A DNA stretch of 64,000 nt from Thermoproteota archaeon (GCA_027491915.1 JAOZGC010000002.1:576001-640000); one strand, 5' to 3'. Positions 28,848 through 39,073 are shown, numbered from the stretch's first letter. Made by a program: numbers and translations. The notes: generated by a model from the sequence alone, not told the origin.

Positions 28848-29642
28848 TCACCCAACCCCCCGGGAGGGGCCGCCGCGACCGGTCCTAGACCTGAGGATGG
28901 TCGCGATCCCCGCCGCCGCGACCGCCGCGGCCGCGGATCCCCAGAGCGCGGCGTAACCGGGCACCGGAAGCCTCGGCAGCGGGAGCCTGCTGGTCTCCAC
29001 CCGGACGTCCAGGGTCCGCCCCGGCCCCAGGCCGGAGAGGGGCCAGCCGTCCCCCTCGGGTGGGGGATCGGCGTAGGTTATGACCTCGCCCTCGGGTGGG
29101 GTGATCAGGAGGCGACCCCCCTCCACCTCGGAGGACAGGGGGCCCAGGGTCAGCCGCGACTCCTCGAACAGCACCCCCCTGGTCGAGACGCCCCCCACCT
29201 CGAACCGGATCTCGAACCGCTCGCTCTCCCCGGGCCTGAGGGGCTGCCACATGGAGCACCTGATGATCAGTGTGTCCCCCTCCCTCATGGCCACCACCTC
29301 GAGCTCGGCGCCCCTGGTTGGGTCCCTCCCCTCCAGTCCCTCCACCGAGAGGTTCCCTCCGCCCCTGGGGGCCAGCCTAAGGATCACATATCCGGGGACC
29401 ACCGGCACCTCCCCGTCGTTCCTCAGGACTCCGGCCACCCTGAACCCGGCCGAGCCCGAGTCGCTCAGGCTGACGTCAACGTCCAGCCTCTCGAAGACTA
29501 TCGGGTTCTCGGCCTGGGCCGCCGCGCCGCGGACCCCGGGGGACGCGAGGGCCAGGGCGATCGCGAGGATGAGAAAGAGACCGGGCGGCGGGATCGGTCC
29601 GACCCGGATCCCCCGCCCGAGCGGGCGCGTATGGACCCTCAC
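28848..29642 (-). CDS. Membrane-anchored single beta-sandwich surface protein
   Basis: GTG start overlapping the upstream stop; signal peptide LFLILAIALALAS; C-terminal TM followed by RSR. Confidence 0.75.
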   Translation of the reverse strand: MRVHTRPLGRGIRVGPIPPPGLFLILAIALALASPGVRGAAAQAENPIVFERLDVDVSLSDSGSAGFRVAGVLRNDGEVPVVPGYVILRLAPRGGGNLSVEGLEGRDPTRGAELEVVAMREGDTLIIRCSMWQPLRPGESERFEIRFEVGGVSTRGVLFEESRLTLGPLSSEVEGGRLLITPPEGEVITYADPPPEGDGWPLSGLGPGRTLDVRVETSRLPLPRLPVPGYAALWGSAAAAVAAAGIATILRSRTGRGGPSRGVG

Positions 29643-31825
29643 CCTCGGCGCGACCTCCACCGCAGAAGGAGCGCCTCCAGCGCGGCCGCCGCCAGGACCA
29701 CCGCCGCCACCAGCGGCTCCGGCGTGGACGCCCCCAGCGCCACGCCGGCGCTCGGGGTGATCACGGCCGAGGCGTCGAGGGTGTTCCTGGGGTCGACGCC
29801 GACCACGTAGACGTCGGACACGTTGTAGTCTCCCGACCCCTGGAGGCAGTAGTGGACCACCACCGGGTTGTAGATCGGCATGTTGAGGTTGGGGTACAGG
29901 CCCTGGGCGGATATCACCACCTTTCCGCCCCCGGATATCCCGTCCTGGACCCAGGAGACCGTGAAGTTGGTCTCGCCCGGCTGGCCGTCGTAGACCGTGA
30001 AGGTGGACCCCTCCGCCCTGTCGGTCCCGTTGACGTTGACCGTTGAGTCGTCCACGGGGTACACGTGCAGGTGGACCGTCGTCCCGTTGGCCAGCACCAC
30101 CGGCTCGTCCCTGGCGTTCCCGCTCCCGGTGCCGGCGAACCAGTCGGAGAATCCCCTCTGGGGCGCCGGTATCGGGTAGCTCTTCCAGACGTACCCGGAG
30201 GAGTAGCCGGTCGGGTTGGTCTTCAGGCTGTAGTCCGGCGGGCTGCCGCCCGGATCGGCGTCCTGGGCCAGCATCGAGAGGGGCCTGAATATCATGTTCC
30301 CCTCGGTGGCCGCCGGGTTGGCGGCGAATCCGGCGGGCACGAGGTCGTAGAACTCCACGTAGGGGGTCGGCCACTCGCCCACGTTGTGGAGCTCCACCGT
30401 CACGCACACCACGTTGCTGGTGCCGTTCCCCCTGACCTCCTTCCTGGCCTTGACCAGGTATCCCCTGACTGCCCAGATCTTCTCCCTGACCACGTAGACC
30501 GAGTAACCGGACGAGTTCTCCCCGTTGATCGATCCAGTGTAGTTCCACCAGCCGTTGACCTCATCCCTCTGTATCCTGAACCTGAAGCTGGCCCACACCT
30601 TGGGCACCCCGGAGTAGGTGAAGTTATAGGGGGAGGAGGGGTGCCGGTAGGATGTGGAGGCCTCGCCCGGGCCCACCGAGGCCAGCGGGGAGCCGCTGGA
30701 GGTCTGGTTGGTCCCTGATATGAGCCCGGTCCCCGGATCCCTGCCGGTGGTGGCCCAGACGCTGGCCCTGACCACCTCGTAGTCGAAGGTCCCGCTCGTG
30801 TCGTAGAACACGGCGGCCTCGGTCCAGCTGTCAGCCTTCTTGGTCCCCTGCTCCTTCTGCGTCTCCAGATCAGCCCTGCCGACGGAGTACACGTAGCCGA
30901 CGTAGTTCCCGGTCAGGGTCCCCCCGTAGTGGAACTGGACGAAGATGGTGCCCATCCCTATCTTCTGGGTGCTCCCGCCCACCTCGGACAGGTCAGGCGT
31001 CCCCTGGATCTTGGCGTTCCTCAGGTGTACCGGGCTGCCCGCCGTCACGGTGAACCAGTTGTCCGGCCAGCTCCCATCCCCCGTCCAGTACAGCGACTTG
31101 CCGTCCGCCGAGAGCGACGTCCCCCCCGCGTCCGGGGTCCCGCCGTCCGTGAACACGGGGTTGTTGGCGGCGTTGGCCCACCCGTCGCCGGCCTTGTTGT
31201 CCGCCGGGAGGACCTTCCTGACCCTGACGCTGACCGAGGGCAGCGTGGTGTCGATGGTCAGATTGAGGCTTATCTGCTGGCTCTGCCCGTCCACTATCTT
31301 CTCCGGGTAGATGGACTCGCTGACCTCTATGGGGGGGCAGGCGGACATCCTCGACCCGTTGACCACGTACCGCAGGACCACCCTGTCCCCGGGGCGGAGC
31401 TCCGTTATGTGCACCCAGGTCATGGCGGCAGGGTCACCGTATCCGGCGGCCGGGTAGGTGTTGATCACCCAGTTGGGCGCCGACTCCTGGGTCACCGAGG
31501 CGTAGGAGGGGCTCTCCTCCACAGTCAGGGCGGTTATGTAGTAGCCAGAGGGCACCCCGCCCAGGTAGAGCGGCACCCACAGGTCGGACGCGACCTCCGG
31601 CGCGCCGTTCTTTATGGTCACGTTCCCGGTCACGTTCCACGGACCGCAGAGGGAGTGCACCCCGTCCGTCTCGACGGTCGCGTTGACGGACTCCGTCAGG
31701 TATATGCTCAGGGGGGCGTCCGGGTTTGCCGCGACCCTCAGGACGTAGGCCGAGGAGGAGAGGAGGAGGGACAGGACGGCGAATCCCAGGATTCGCATCC
31801 CTCGCAATCCTACCACCTTATTCAA
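29639..31825 (-). CDS. 728-aa secreted, C-terminally anchored beta-rich glycoprotein
   Basis: Signal peptide, NxS/T-rich, ends YVVGVDP-linker-TM-RWRSRR; start may be ATG 31798. Confidence 0.85.
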   Translation of the reverse strand: MNKVVGLRGMRILGFAVLSLLLSSSAYVLRVAANPDAPLSIYLTESVNATVETDGVHSLCGPWNVTGNVTIKNGAPEVASDLWVPLYLGGVPSGYYITALTVEESPSYASVTQESAPNWVINTYPAAGYGDPAAMTWVHITELRPGDRVVLRYVVNGSRMSACPPIEVSESIYPEKIVDGQSQQISLNLTIDTTLPSVSVRVRKVLPADNKAGDGWANAANNPVFTDGGTPDAGGTSLSADGKSLYWTGDGSWPDNWFTVTAGSPVHLRNAKIQGTPDLSEVGGSTQKIGMGTIFVQFHYGGTLTGNYVGYVYSVGRADLETQKEQGTKKADSWTEAAVFYDTSGTFDYEVVRASVWATTGRDPGTGLISGTNQTSSGSPLASVGPGEASTSYRHPSSPYNFTYSGVPKVWASFRFRIQRDEVNGWWNYTGSINGENSSGYSVYVVREKIWAVRGYLVKARKEVRGNGTSNVVCVTVELHNVGEWPTPYVEFYDLVPAGFAANPAATEGNMIFRPLSMLAQDADPGGSPPDYSLKTNPTGYSSGYVWKSYPIPAPQRGFSDWFAGTGSGNARDEPVVLANGTTVHLHVYPVDDSTVNVNGTDRAEGSTFTVYDGQPGETNFTVSWVQDGISGGGKVVISAQGLYPNLNMPIYNPVVVHYCLQGSGDYNVSDVYVVGVDPRNTLDASAVITPSAGVALGASTPEPLVAAVVLAAAALEALLLRWRSRRG

Positions 31826-31918
31826 GCTTTAGATTTGACTTTCTCGCCGATACGGCCACGGTCAAGCGAGTTTGAGATCCTAATAAACCCTGTAGCCGCG
31901 GATCCAAACGCCGGGACC

Positions 31919-32815
31919 TCACCTGCTCACGAAGCGGACCCGCGCGGCCGGCACCCCCGCGGCGGCCAGCCTCTCCCCTATCACCCACCTCAGCCGGTCG
32001 TCTATCTCGTAGCCGACCGAGTTCCGGCCCAGCTCGGCCGCGACGGCGGAGGTGGTCCCGGTCCCCAGGAACGGGTCGGGCACCGTGTGCCCCAGCACGG
32101 AGAACATCCTTATGAGCCTCCTGGGGATCTCGGCCGGGAAGGCCGCCGTCCCCCTTCCCAGGTCCGGGCGCGCCTGCCTCTCCCCCCTGACCTCCCATAT
32201 CTGGGAGAACCACTCGTCCCTCTCACTCCTGGTGTAGGAGCTGGCGAGCCGCCTCCCGTCTCCCCGGGGGAACCTCCTGGGGCCGCCCTTCCTGAACACC
32301 AGGATGAACTCCACGTCCAGCGTCACGTACGCTTTTGGGGGTAGGAACCCGGAGCCCAGGAAGGCGTTGGGCCTGTTGGTCGGCTTCTTCCAGAGGATGT
32401 AGGGGAGGGGGGTCAGCCCGACGCCCCCCAGGTCCTCGGCGACCCTGGCGTGGTTGAGGAATATCCTGAAGGACCCCCCATCCTGCGGGCCGCGTCCCCC
32501 ACGTTGACGCAGGCTATCCCCCCGGGGACCAGCACCCTGGCCACCTCCTCCCACACCGGGAGCAGGGTCCTGTGCATCTCGTCGTAGGCCCTCCTAACCA
32601 ACTCGCCGGTCACTCCCCCGGCCGACTCGCCCTCCAGCTTGCCCAGGATGCAATCGACCTCCGGATTGAGCCCGCGGATACAGGTCGTCCCACATCTCCA
32701 CCATGGGGTAGGGCGGCGAGGTCACCACCAGGTGGACCGTCTCGTCCCCCAGCTCCGGCATCCTCCGGGAGTCGCCGAACACCACCAGGTGCGAGGTCTC
32801 CAGGTCCACCGCCAC
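31919..32815 (-). pseudogene. Frameshifted beta-class N4-C/N6-A DNA methyltransferase
   Basis: VTSPPYPM (fragment 1), YDEMH...VLVPGGIACVNVGD (fragment 2), WKKPTN...DPFLGTGTT (fragment 3); +1 shift near 32679 and -1 shift in a G6 run near 32476. Confidence 0.85.
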
Positions 32816-32989
32816 CCTCCTTCCCTCCCCTCACCCCCGGTCCGGGCCGGGTCTGGTCTGGTCACCCCCCGAACGATCCGGCGAGCCCTCGCCCCCGCCC
32901 GGATCGGCGCGCCGGGATCCCCGGTCGGGCCGCCCCACCCGGGTCGGGGACAACGGATATTTAGTTTAGGCCCGCCCCCCGCCGCCCGG

Positions 32990-33658
32990 ATGAGGCTGGT
33001 CATACTGGACCTGGACCAGACCATCCTGGACACCCTCCCCAGGTTCCACAGCGTGTTCAACGAGGTTCTCGAGGAGGTGGGCGGGCGGCCCCTGCCGTGG
33101 GGGGATTTCCTAGGGCTCTACTCGGCCGACGACCTGGACTCCGCCATCCCGGGCGGCGTGGACCCGGCCTTCTTCTGGAGGGAGTTCGCCTCCAGGTACT
33201 CCTCCAGGAGGCACCCCGGCGACGCCCCCATCGCGGGGGCCCGGGAGGCCATAGCCTCGCTGGCCTCCATGGGGATCTCCCTGGCCGTCGCCACCGGGAG
33301 GAGGTGCGACCCGGAGGAAGTCCGCGGGGAGCTGGAGGAGTTCGGCCTGGCGGACGGGATATCCGCCTTCTACTCCCTGGGTCAGCTGGAGCCCGAGTCC
33401 GGGATATGGGACAGGGACCGCCTGATATCCGCGGCCCTGGCCGACTTCGGGGTGCCGCCGCGGGAGGCCGCCTTCGTCGGGGACTACTGGGTCGACGTCA
33501 GGTCGGCCAAGAGGGCCGGGGTCACGGCGATAGCTGTGCTCACCGGACTGGAACCGGAGGAGAGGCTCAGGGCGGCCGGGGCCGATCACATCATAGGCGG
33601 GATATGGGAGCTCCCGGACTTGATCCGGGAACTGGCGGGCCGCCCGCCCCGGACCTGA
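32990..33658 (+). CDS. HAD-family hydrolase (phosphoglycolate phosphatase-like)
   Basis: DLDQT motif I, VATGR, FVGDYWVDV. Confidence 0.88.
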   Translation: MRLVILDLDQTILDTLPRFHSVFNEVLEEVGGRPLPWGDFLGLYSADDLDSAIPGGVDPAFFWREFASRYSSRRHPGDAPIAGAREAIASLASMGISLAVATGRRCDPEEVRGELEEFGLADGISAFYSLGQLEPESGIWDRDRLISAALADFGVPPREAAFVGDYWVDVRSAKRAGVTAIAVLTGLEPEERLRAAGADHIIGGIWELPDLIRELAGRPPRT

Positions 33659-33706
33659 TTTAACATCGTTATATCTTTTTATAAGGGTCGGCCGGGCGGG
33701 GGCCCG

Positions 33707-34468
33707 ATGCTGGAGGTAAGCGGCCTGAGAGCTGAGGTGGACGGCAGGGAGGTGGTCCGCGGCGCCAGCCTCACCCTGGGGGAGGGGGAGGTGGCCCTCC
33801 TGCTGGGCCCCAACGGGTCCGGGAAGTCCTCCCTCATACAGACGCTGCTGGGCAATCCCAGGTACGAGGTGACCGGCGGGAGAATATCCCTGGACGGGAG
33901 GGACCTGACCGGTGCCCCGCCCGACGAGAGGGCGGCCGCCGGGCTGGGGGCGGTCTTCCAGATGCCTCCGAGTATAAGGGGGATCACCCTGAGGTCCCTC
34001 CTCAGGAAGCTGGCCGAGAGGTTCGGCTCGGACTACGGGGAGCTGGAGGATCTGGCCGGGGAGATGGGGGCGGCCCACCTCCTGGACCGGGACCTGCACG
34101 TCGGGTTCAGCGGGGGGGAGATGAAGAGGGCGGAGGTCCTCCTGCTCATGGCGCAGAGACCCAAGGTGTCCCTCCTGGACGAGCCGGACTCGGGGGTCGA
34201 CCTGGAGAGCCTGCCGGTGATCGGGAGGGCGATAGCCGCGTTCCTGGAGGGGGACGGCCCGAAGGCGTTCCAGAGGAGGTCCGCCCTGGTGGTGACCCAC
34301 ACCGGCCACATAGCCAGGTACCTGAGGGCCTCCAGGGCGTTCGTCATGATCGACGGGACGATAAGGTGCTTTGGCGACGCGACCGCGGTCCTGGAGGACG
34401 TGGAGAGACTGGGCTTCGAGGGGTGCGCCAGGTGCCTGAGGGGGGAGCTGGTGGAGGATGGATGCTGA
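33707..34468 (+). CDS. sufC: Fe-S assembly ABC ATPase SufC/SmsC
   Basis: GPNGSGKS, GFSGGEMKRAE, LDEPDSGVD; C-terminal CxxC (CARC). Confidence 0.92.
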   Translation: MLEVSGLRAEVDGREVVRGASLTLGEGEVALLLGPNGSGKSSLIQTLLGNPRYEVTGGRISLDGRDLTGAPPDERAAAGLGAVFQMPPSIRGITLRSLLRKLAERFGSDYGELEDLAGEMGAAHLLDRDLHVGFSGGEMKRAEVLLLMAQRPKVSLLDEPDSGVDLESLPVIGRAIAAFLEGDGPKAFQRRSALVVTHTGHIARYLRASRAFVMIDGTIRCFGDATAVLEDVERLGFEGCARCLRGELVEDGC

Positions 34469-35669
34469 GATCTCGGCCGACATCAGGAGGAGGGCCGAGG
34501 AGGCCCTGGACAGGCCGTCCCCCAGGGGACCAGACCTGGACGTGAGGTCGTTCCCCCCGGCCAGCCCGGCCGTGCCCCTGGAGGAGCTGATATCGCGCGG
34601 GAGCCTCCTGAGGAGGGTCGGCATAGACCCCCTGGGGGCCTCCAGGTCCGGCTCCTACCTCCAGGCCGACGAGGGCCAGGCCATCGCCTCCTCGGGGACC
34701 CCGGGCCTGAGGGTCTCGACTCTCTCCCAGGCCCTGGAGTCGGGTGAGGCCGATCCGTACTACTGGAGGGCCGTCCCGGTGGACAGGGACAAGTACACGG
34801 CCGCGGCCGAGCTATTCGGCGGGAGGGTGGGGTACTTCTTCGTCGCGGAGGCGGGGGCCAGGATAGAGAGGCCGGTCCAGTCCTGCTTCCTCATGACCAC
34901 CCCCGGGTCGCTGCAGGCTCCCCACAACATAATAGTGGTCGAGGAGGGGGCGGAGCTCCACGTCGTGGCCGGCTGCCTGACCATGATGGGGAGGCCCGGG
35001 CTCCACGCGGGGGTCTCAGAGTTCTACGTCAAGAGGGGCGGCAGGCTCACCTACACCATGATACACTCCTGGTCGGAGGAGACCCACGTCAGGCCCAGGA
35101 CCGGGGTGATCGTGGAGGAGGGCGGGGAGTACGTCAGCCACTACGTCAACATGACGCCGGTGGCCAGCCTCCAGACCGACCCGGTCGTCAGGCTGGTGGG
35201 GGAGGGTGCCAGGGCCCACCTGTCCTCCGTGATAGTGGCCCCCGGGAGGTCGGTCATGGACGTCGGCGGGACCGCCGTCCTGGGGGCCCCGGGGACCTCG
35301 GCGGAGATAGTCTCCAGGATAGTCGCCAAGGACGGGGCGGACGTCGCCAACAGGGCCCTCATAAGGGCGGAGGCGCCCGGCTCCAGGGGGCACGTGGAGT
35401 GCAACGGGCTCCTACTCTCGGACGACTCCAGGATCGCGACGATTCCCGTGCTGGACGCCGCCGTCAGGGACGTGGAGCTGACCCACGAGGCGGCCGTCGG
35501 GAAGCTGGACGAGGAGCAGATCTTCTACCTCATGTCCCGCGGGTTCCACGAGGAGGAGGCCGTCGGCATGCTGGTGAGGGGGTTCATGAGCGTCAGGCTG
35601 GAGGGCCTGCCCGAGGAACTCAGTAGGCAGATAGAGTCGGCCATATCCATGGCCGCGGCCGGGCTGTGA
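34458..35669 (+). CDS. sufB: SufB/SufD-family scaffold (SmsB)
   Basis: HNIIVVEEGAELH, GHVECNGL, THEAAVGK, YLMSRG. Confidence 0.92.
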   Translation: MDAEISADIRRRAEEALDRPSPRGPDLDVRSFPPASPAVPLEELISRGSLLRRVGIDPLGASRSGSYLQADEGQAIASSGTPGLRVSTLSQALESGEADPYYWRAVPVDRDKYTAAAELFGGRVGYFFVAEAGARIERPVQSCFLMTTPGSLQAPHNIIVVEEGAELHVVAGCLTMMGRPGLHAGVSEFYVKRGGRLTYTMIHSWSEETHVRPRTGVIVEEGGEYVSHYVNMTPVASLQTDPVVRLVGEGARAHLSSVIVAPGRSVMDVGGTAVLGAPGTSAEIVSRIVAKDGADVANRALIRAEAPGSRGHVECNGLLLSDDSRIATIPVLDAAVRDVELTHEAAVGKLDEEQIFYLMSRGFHEEEAVGMLVRGFMSVRLEGLPEELSRQIESAISMAAAGL

Positions 35670-35685
35670 GGTCCCTCCTCGCCGC

Positions 35686-36075
35686 TCACCGCTTCCCCCG
35701 GCCGCCCGTCCTCCCCCGGGCCGCCTCGACGACCCCGAGGTCGTCCACCAGCGCCACCCCCCTGGCCACCTCCTCGGCGAACCTGGGGGCCTTCTCCAGC
35801 AGCCGCGCGAGGTCCCCGGGCCTGAGGGGCATGGGCTCTATCCCCGGCCTCAGCTCGGCGGAGATCAGGTCGAACCTCCTCAGGGGATTCTCCGGCAGCC
35901 TGGGGGACACTATCAGAACGTCTATGTCGCTCCACTCGTTGAAGTCGCCCCTGGCCGTGGACCCTATGACTATCACGGAGGCCGGCCTGATCGAGGGGTA
36001 CACGGCCTCGGCGAACTCCCTGGCCAGCCTCAGCCTGAGCTCCCTCTCCCTCCTCCTCCTCTCAAGGATCTCCAC
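35686..36075 (-). CDS. MNT antitoxin
   Basis: IGSTARGDFNEWSDIDVLIVS. Confidence 0.9.
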   Translation of the reverse strand: MEILERRRRERELRLRLAREFAEAVYPSIRPASVIVIGSTARGDFNEWSDIDVLIVSPRLPENPLRRFDLISAELRPGIEPMPLRPGDLARLLEKAPRFAEEVARGVALVDDLGVVEAARGRTGGRGKR

Positions 36076-36451
36076 AGGGACTCCACGTAACCCATCACGG
36101 CCCTCGCATAAAAGATGGACTCCTCCGCCTCGGACCTGGTGTAGTACTCGTGGGGGCCCCCTCGCTCCACATGTCGGCGTACCTCGGGGCGGTGTAGAAC
36201 TTGTCCAGCCTGGCGCAGGCCTCCCTTATCTCCGGCGGCGGGTCGCCCACCTCGGCCAGGAGGCGGGTCAGGCTGTGGCCGAAAGCCGGCCGTCCCACTC
36301 CCCACAGGTAGGCCTTCAGGGCGAACTCGGCCGCCTGCTGGGCCTTGAAGCAGGCCCAGTTGTAGTAGCCAGCCTCCAGGTCTCCCTCGGCCGACCTGAG
36401 GGTGTGCCTCGCGCTGGACATCCAGCGCTCGAACTCGCCGGAGTCGAGCAT
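36030..36451 (-). pseudogene. HEPN domain gene with -1 frameshift
   Basis: WACFKAQQAAEFALKA...GHSL...APRYAD continues in another frame as HEYYTRSEAEE; one C missing in a C run near 36154. Confidence 0.8.
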
Positions 36452-36509
36452 CCGCCCCGCGCCCGCCGGGTCGGGAACCTATATTTACCCCGCGCCCGGG
36501 CGGCCCGCG

Positions 36510-38216
36510 ATGGTGGTCGGGGGGGCGGGTTTCTCGGTCGACCTCGGGACCGTGGCCTTCCTGGCAGTGGCGGCCGGGTTGGCGGCAGTCTACGGGCTGA
36601 GGAAGGCGATCGTCGTCCTGCCGGGCCTCATGCTCGCGGCCCTGCTCGCCAGGACGGCCGGCCTCCCGGGTTTCCAGCCCCTCTTCGCCTTCTCGTCCCT
36701 GGCCACCGCCCTCCTGGTCTTCATAGCCGGGCTGGAGCTCGACGTCCGCCTCCTGGGGAAGGAGAAGGAGAGGGTCCTCCTCCTGTTCTTCTTCGAGATG
36801 CTGATCCTGCTCAGCATGCTCAACGTCCTCAGGGCCCTGCTGGACCTCCCCCTGGCCCTGGCGCTGACCGCCGTCATGCTCGCCTCCAACGAGGCCTTCG
36901 TCCTGGAGGCGGCCAGGGGCAGCGCCGAGCTGGGCCAGTTCGGGATAACCATATCCGTGCTGGAGGACTCGGCCGCCGTCTTCCTACTCTCCGTGGGGTT
37001 CTTCACCTCCAAGGGGGCCGTCCTCTCTGGTCCTGAGCTGTACGACCTGCTCGTGAGGGCAATGCTCCTGCTGGGCCTGGCCCTGGCCCTCGGGGGGGCC
37101 TTCAACGGGGTCCTCAGGAGGACCGACTCGGTGGACGCCGGGGTCCTGGTGATGCTGGTCTACGTGCTGCTCATGTCCTCCGCCGCCGGGCTGGCCGGCC
37201 TGCCGGAGGCCCTGGTCCTCTTCCTGGGCGGGGTCGGGCTCGCCGTCCGCGGCGTCCCCGAGCGGACCGCCGAGGCCATGAGGGGCTACATGACCCTCGC
37301 CCTCATGGGGTTCGTCCTCTACCTCCCCTACAGGCTCCCTCCCCCCTCGCCGGGCGAGGCCCTGGGGGCCGCGGCCCTGGGGGCCGCCATGGCCCTGGCG
37401 GCCTTCGCCCTGAGGGGGACGGTGCTCTGGGTCTCCTCGCTGCTGGCCGGGCTGGACCTCAGGTCCTCGACAACCCTGGCCCTCAGCCTGGCCAACACCG
37501 GGGAGTTCGGCCTGCTGGTGGTCTCCACCCTGGCCGAGGAGGGAATGATAGGGACCCAGGTTGCCCTGGCGGCCATGTTCGCCTACGCCATCAACTTGAC
37601 GCTGGTTTCGGCCGTGGTCAGGAGGATAGACGCGGCCAGGAACCTGGTGCTGGCCGCCATACCCGACCCCCTGGAGGAGAGGATCGACGACCTGACCCGG
37701 GACATAGACAGGTTCGTGGTCTCCGCCCTCAAGGACGAGAAGTTCAAGGGCCACCTCTACGAGATGGCCGCCGTGGCCGCGGTGGTCTACCTCATAACGG
37801 CCGCCATGGAGGCCCTCCAAAACCCCATCACCAACTACGCCTTCTCCGTGGTCCTCCTGGGGGCCTTCGTCCTGACCGTCTACACCGCCCTGGAGAGGAT
37901 GAGCAGGGACCTGGAGGTGGTCGGCTCCTCCCCCTACTCCCTGATCTCGATGGCCATCAGGTTCTCCGTCCTCTACGTCGTCATGGCCCCGCTGCTCCAC
38001 TCCCTGCAGAGGGCCCTGTCGGGAGGCCTCCTGGTCAGCATGTCCCACCCCATGACCCTGTTCCTGGTGTTCGCCACGGCCGCTGGGCTGGACAGGGGGC
38101 TGGATCGCCTGTCGGCCCTGGCGGCCTCCAGGGGGAGGACCCAGGCCGGCCGCGCCGGGCCGGGGGAGGCGCGCCCCGGGGTCCGCGCCGACCGGCTTGG
38201 GGGACCGCCAAGTTAA
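36510..38216 (+). CDS. Cation:proton antiporter (CPA2/Kef-like) with extra C-terminal TM domain
   Basis: FIAGLELD, SVLED and GEFGLLV motifs; more than 12 TM helices. Confidence 0.8.
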   Translation: MVVGGAGFSVDLGTVAFLAVAAGLAAVYGLRKAIVVLPGLMLAALLARTAGLPGFQPLFAFSSLATALLVFIAGLELDVRLLGKEKERVLLLFFFEMLILLSMLNVLRALLDLPLALALTAVMLASNEAFVLEAARGSAELGQFGITISVLEDSAAVFLLSVGFFTSKGAVLSGPELYDLLVRAMLLLGLALALGGAFNGVLRRTDSVDAGVLVMLVYVLLMSSAAGLAGLPEALVLFLGGVGLAVRGVPERTAEAMRGYMTLALMGFVLYLPYRLPPPSPGEALGAAALGAAMALAAFALRGTVLWVSSLLAGLDLRSSTTLALSLANTGEFGLLVVSTLAEEGMIGTQVALAAMFAYAINLTLVSAVVRRIDAARNLVLAAIPDPLEERIDDLTRDIDRFVVSALKDEKFKGHLYEMAAVAAVVYLITAAMEALQNPITNYAFSVVLLGAFVLTVYTALERMSRDLEVVGSSPYSLISMAIRFSVLYVVMAPLLHSLQRALSGGLLVSMSHPMTLFLVFATAAGLDRGLDRLSALAASRGRTQAGRAGPGEARPGVRADRLGGPPS

Positions 38217-38243
38217 TATCCCCGGGTCGCCCCAACCACCCGG

Positions 38244-38645
38244 GTGAACTGGTTGACCCTGGTGGTCAAGAGGGTGAGCGAGGCCAAGCTGAGGGAGCTC
38301 AGGGCGGAGGCCGCGAGACGCGGCATAACCCTGTCCAAGGCGGTCGAGGAGGCCATAGACCTATGGCTCACCCTGTCTCGGAGATCTCGACTTGACGAGG
38401 AGGAGGCCGCAAACAACAAGGAGTACGAGAGGCTCAGGAGCTCCGGGGAGCTGGACCGCGCCCGGGGGAGGTACGTGGTCATAGCAGGGGGCAGGCTGCT
38501 GGGGTACTTCGACACCCTGGAGGGGGCCTCCAGGGCGATCGCCGAGTCGGGCGCCAGGAAGGCGCTCGTCTTCAGGCCCGGGGTCGACGACCGGGAGGCG
38601 GATCTGGAGTGGGCGGGAGGATCTATGAGGCGACTGAGTGCCTGA
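38244..38645 (+). CDS. Ribbon-helix-helix plus DUF5678-like protein
   Basis: TLVVKRVSE...LRAEAARRGITLSKAVEEAI, then GRYVVIAGGRLLG. Confidence 0.65.
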   Translation: MNWLTLVVKRVSEAKLRELRAEAARRGITLSKAVEEAIDLWLTLSRRSRLDEEEAANNKEYERLRSSGELDRARGRYVVIAGGRLLGYFDTLEGASRAIAESGARKALVFRPGVDDREADLEWAGGSMRRLSA

Positions 38646-39073
38646 GGTACTCCCCATCCGCCGTCCCGGCCCCGACCATCGGGTTGACCCTGAGGGACCT
38701 GTCGGGGCGGTCGGCCGTCGGCGGGGAGTTCCAGGTGGACACAGGGTTCGAGGGGGACGTTCTGGTCCCCTGGGACGAGTACGTCCACTTTCAGACGGCC
38801 GAACTTCCGGAAGATCTCTGGAGGAGGTACAGGACGGTCTCCGGGATCGTCGTGGGCATGAGGTGCGCCAGGGCCCTGGCCGAGGTGGGGGGAGGGGTCC
38901 ACGAGGTCCTGGTGGAGACCCCCCTGCTGGGGGAGGGGAGGAGGCTCGTCGGGAGGGGGCTGCTCCGCAGGCTGAGGCTGGCCCTGGACGGGCCGGACCT
39001 GACCTCCTGTCTGCTCTCGAGGAGGACCCCGGCCGGCCGCGCCGGATCGGTCGGGGGACCGCCCCGGGGGTGA
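38609..39073 (+). CDS. Clan AA (retropepsin-like) aspartic protease
   Basis: VDTGFEG catalytic motif and LVGRGLL flap motif. Confidence 0.8.
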   Translation: MGGRIYEATECLRYSPSAVPAPTIGLTLRDLSGRSAVGGEFQVDTGFEGDVLVPWDEYVHFQTAELPEDLWRRYRTVSGIVVGMRCARALAEVGGGVHEVLVETPLLGEGRRLVGRGLLRRLRLALDGPDLTSCLLSRRTPAGRAGSVGGPPRG

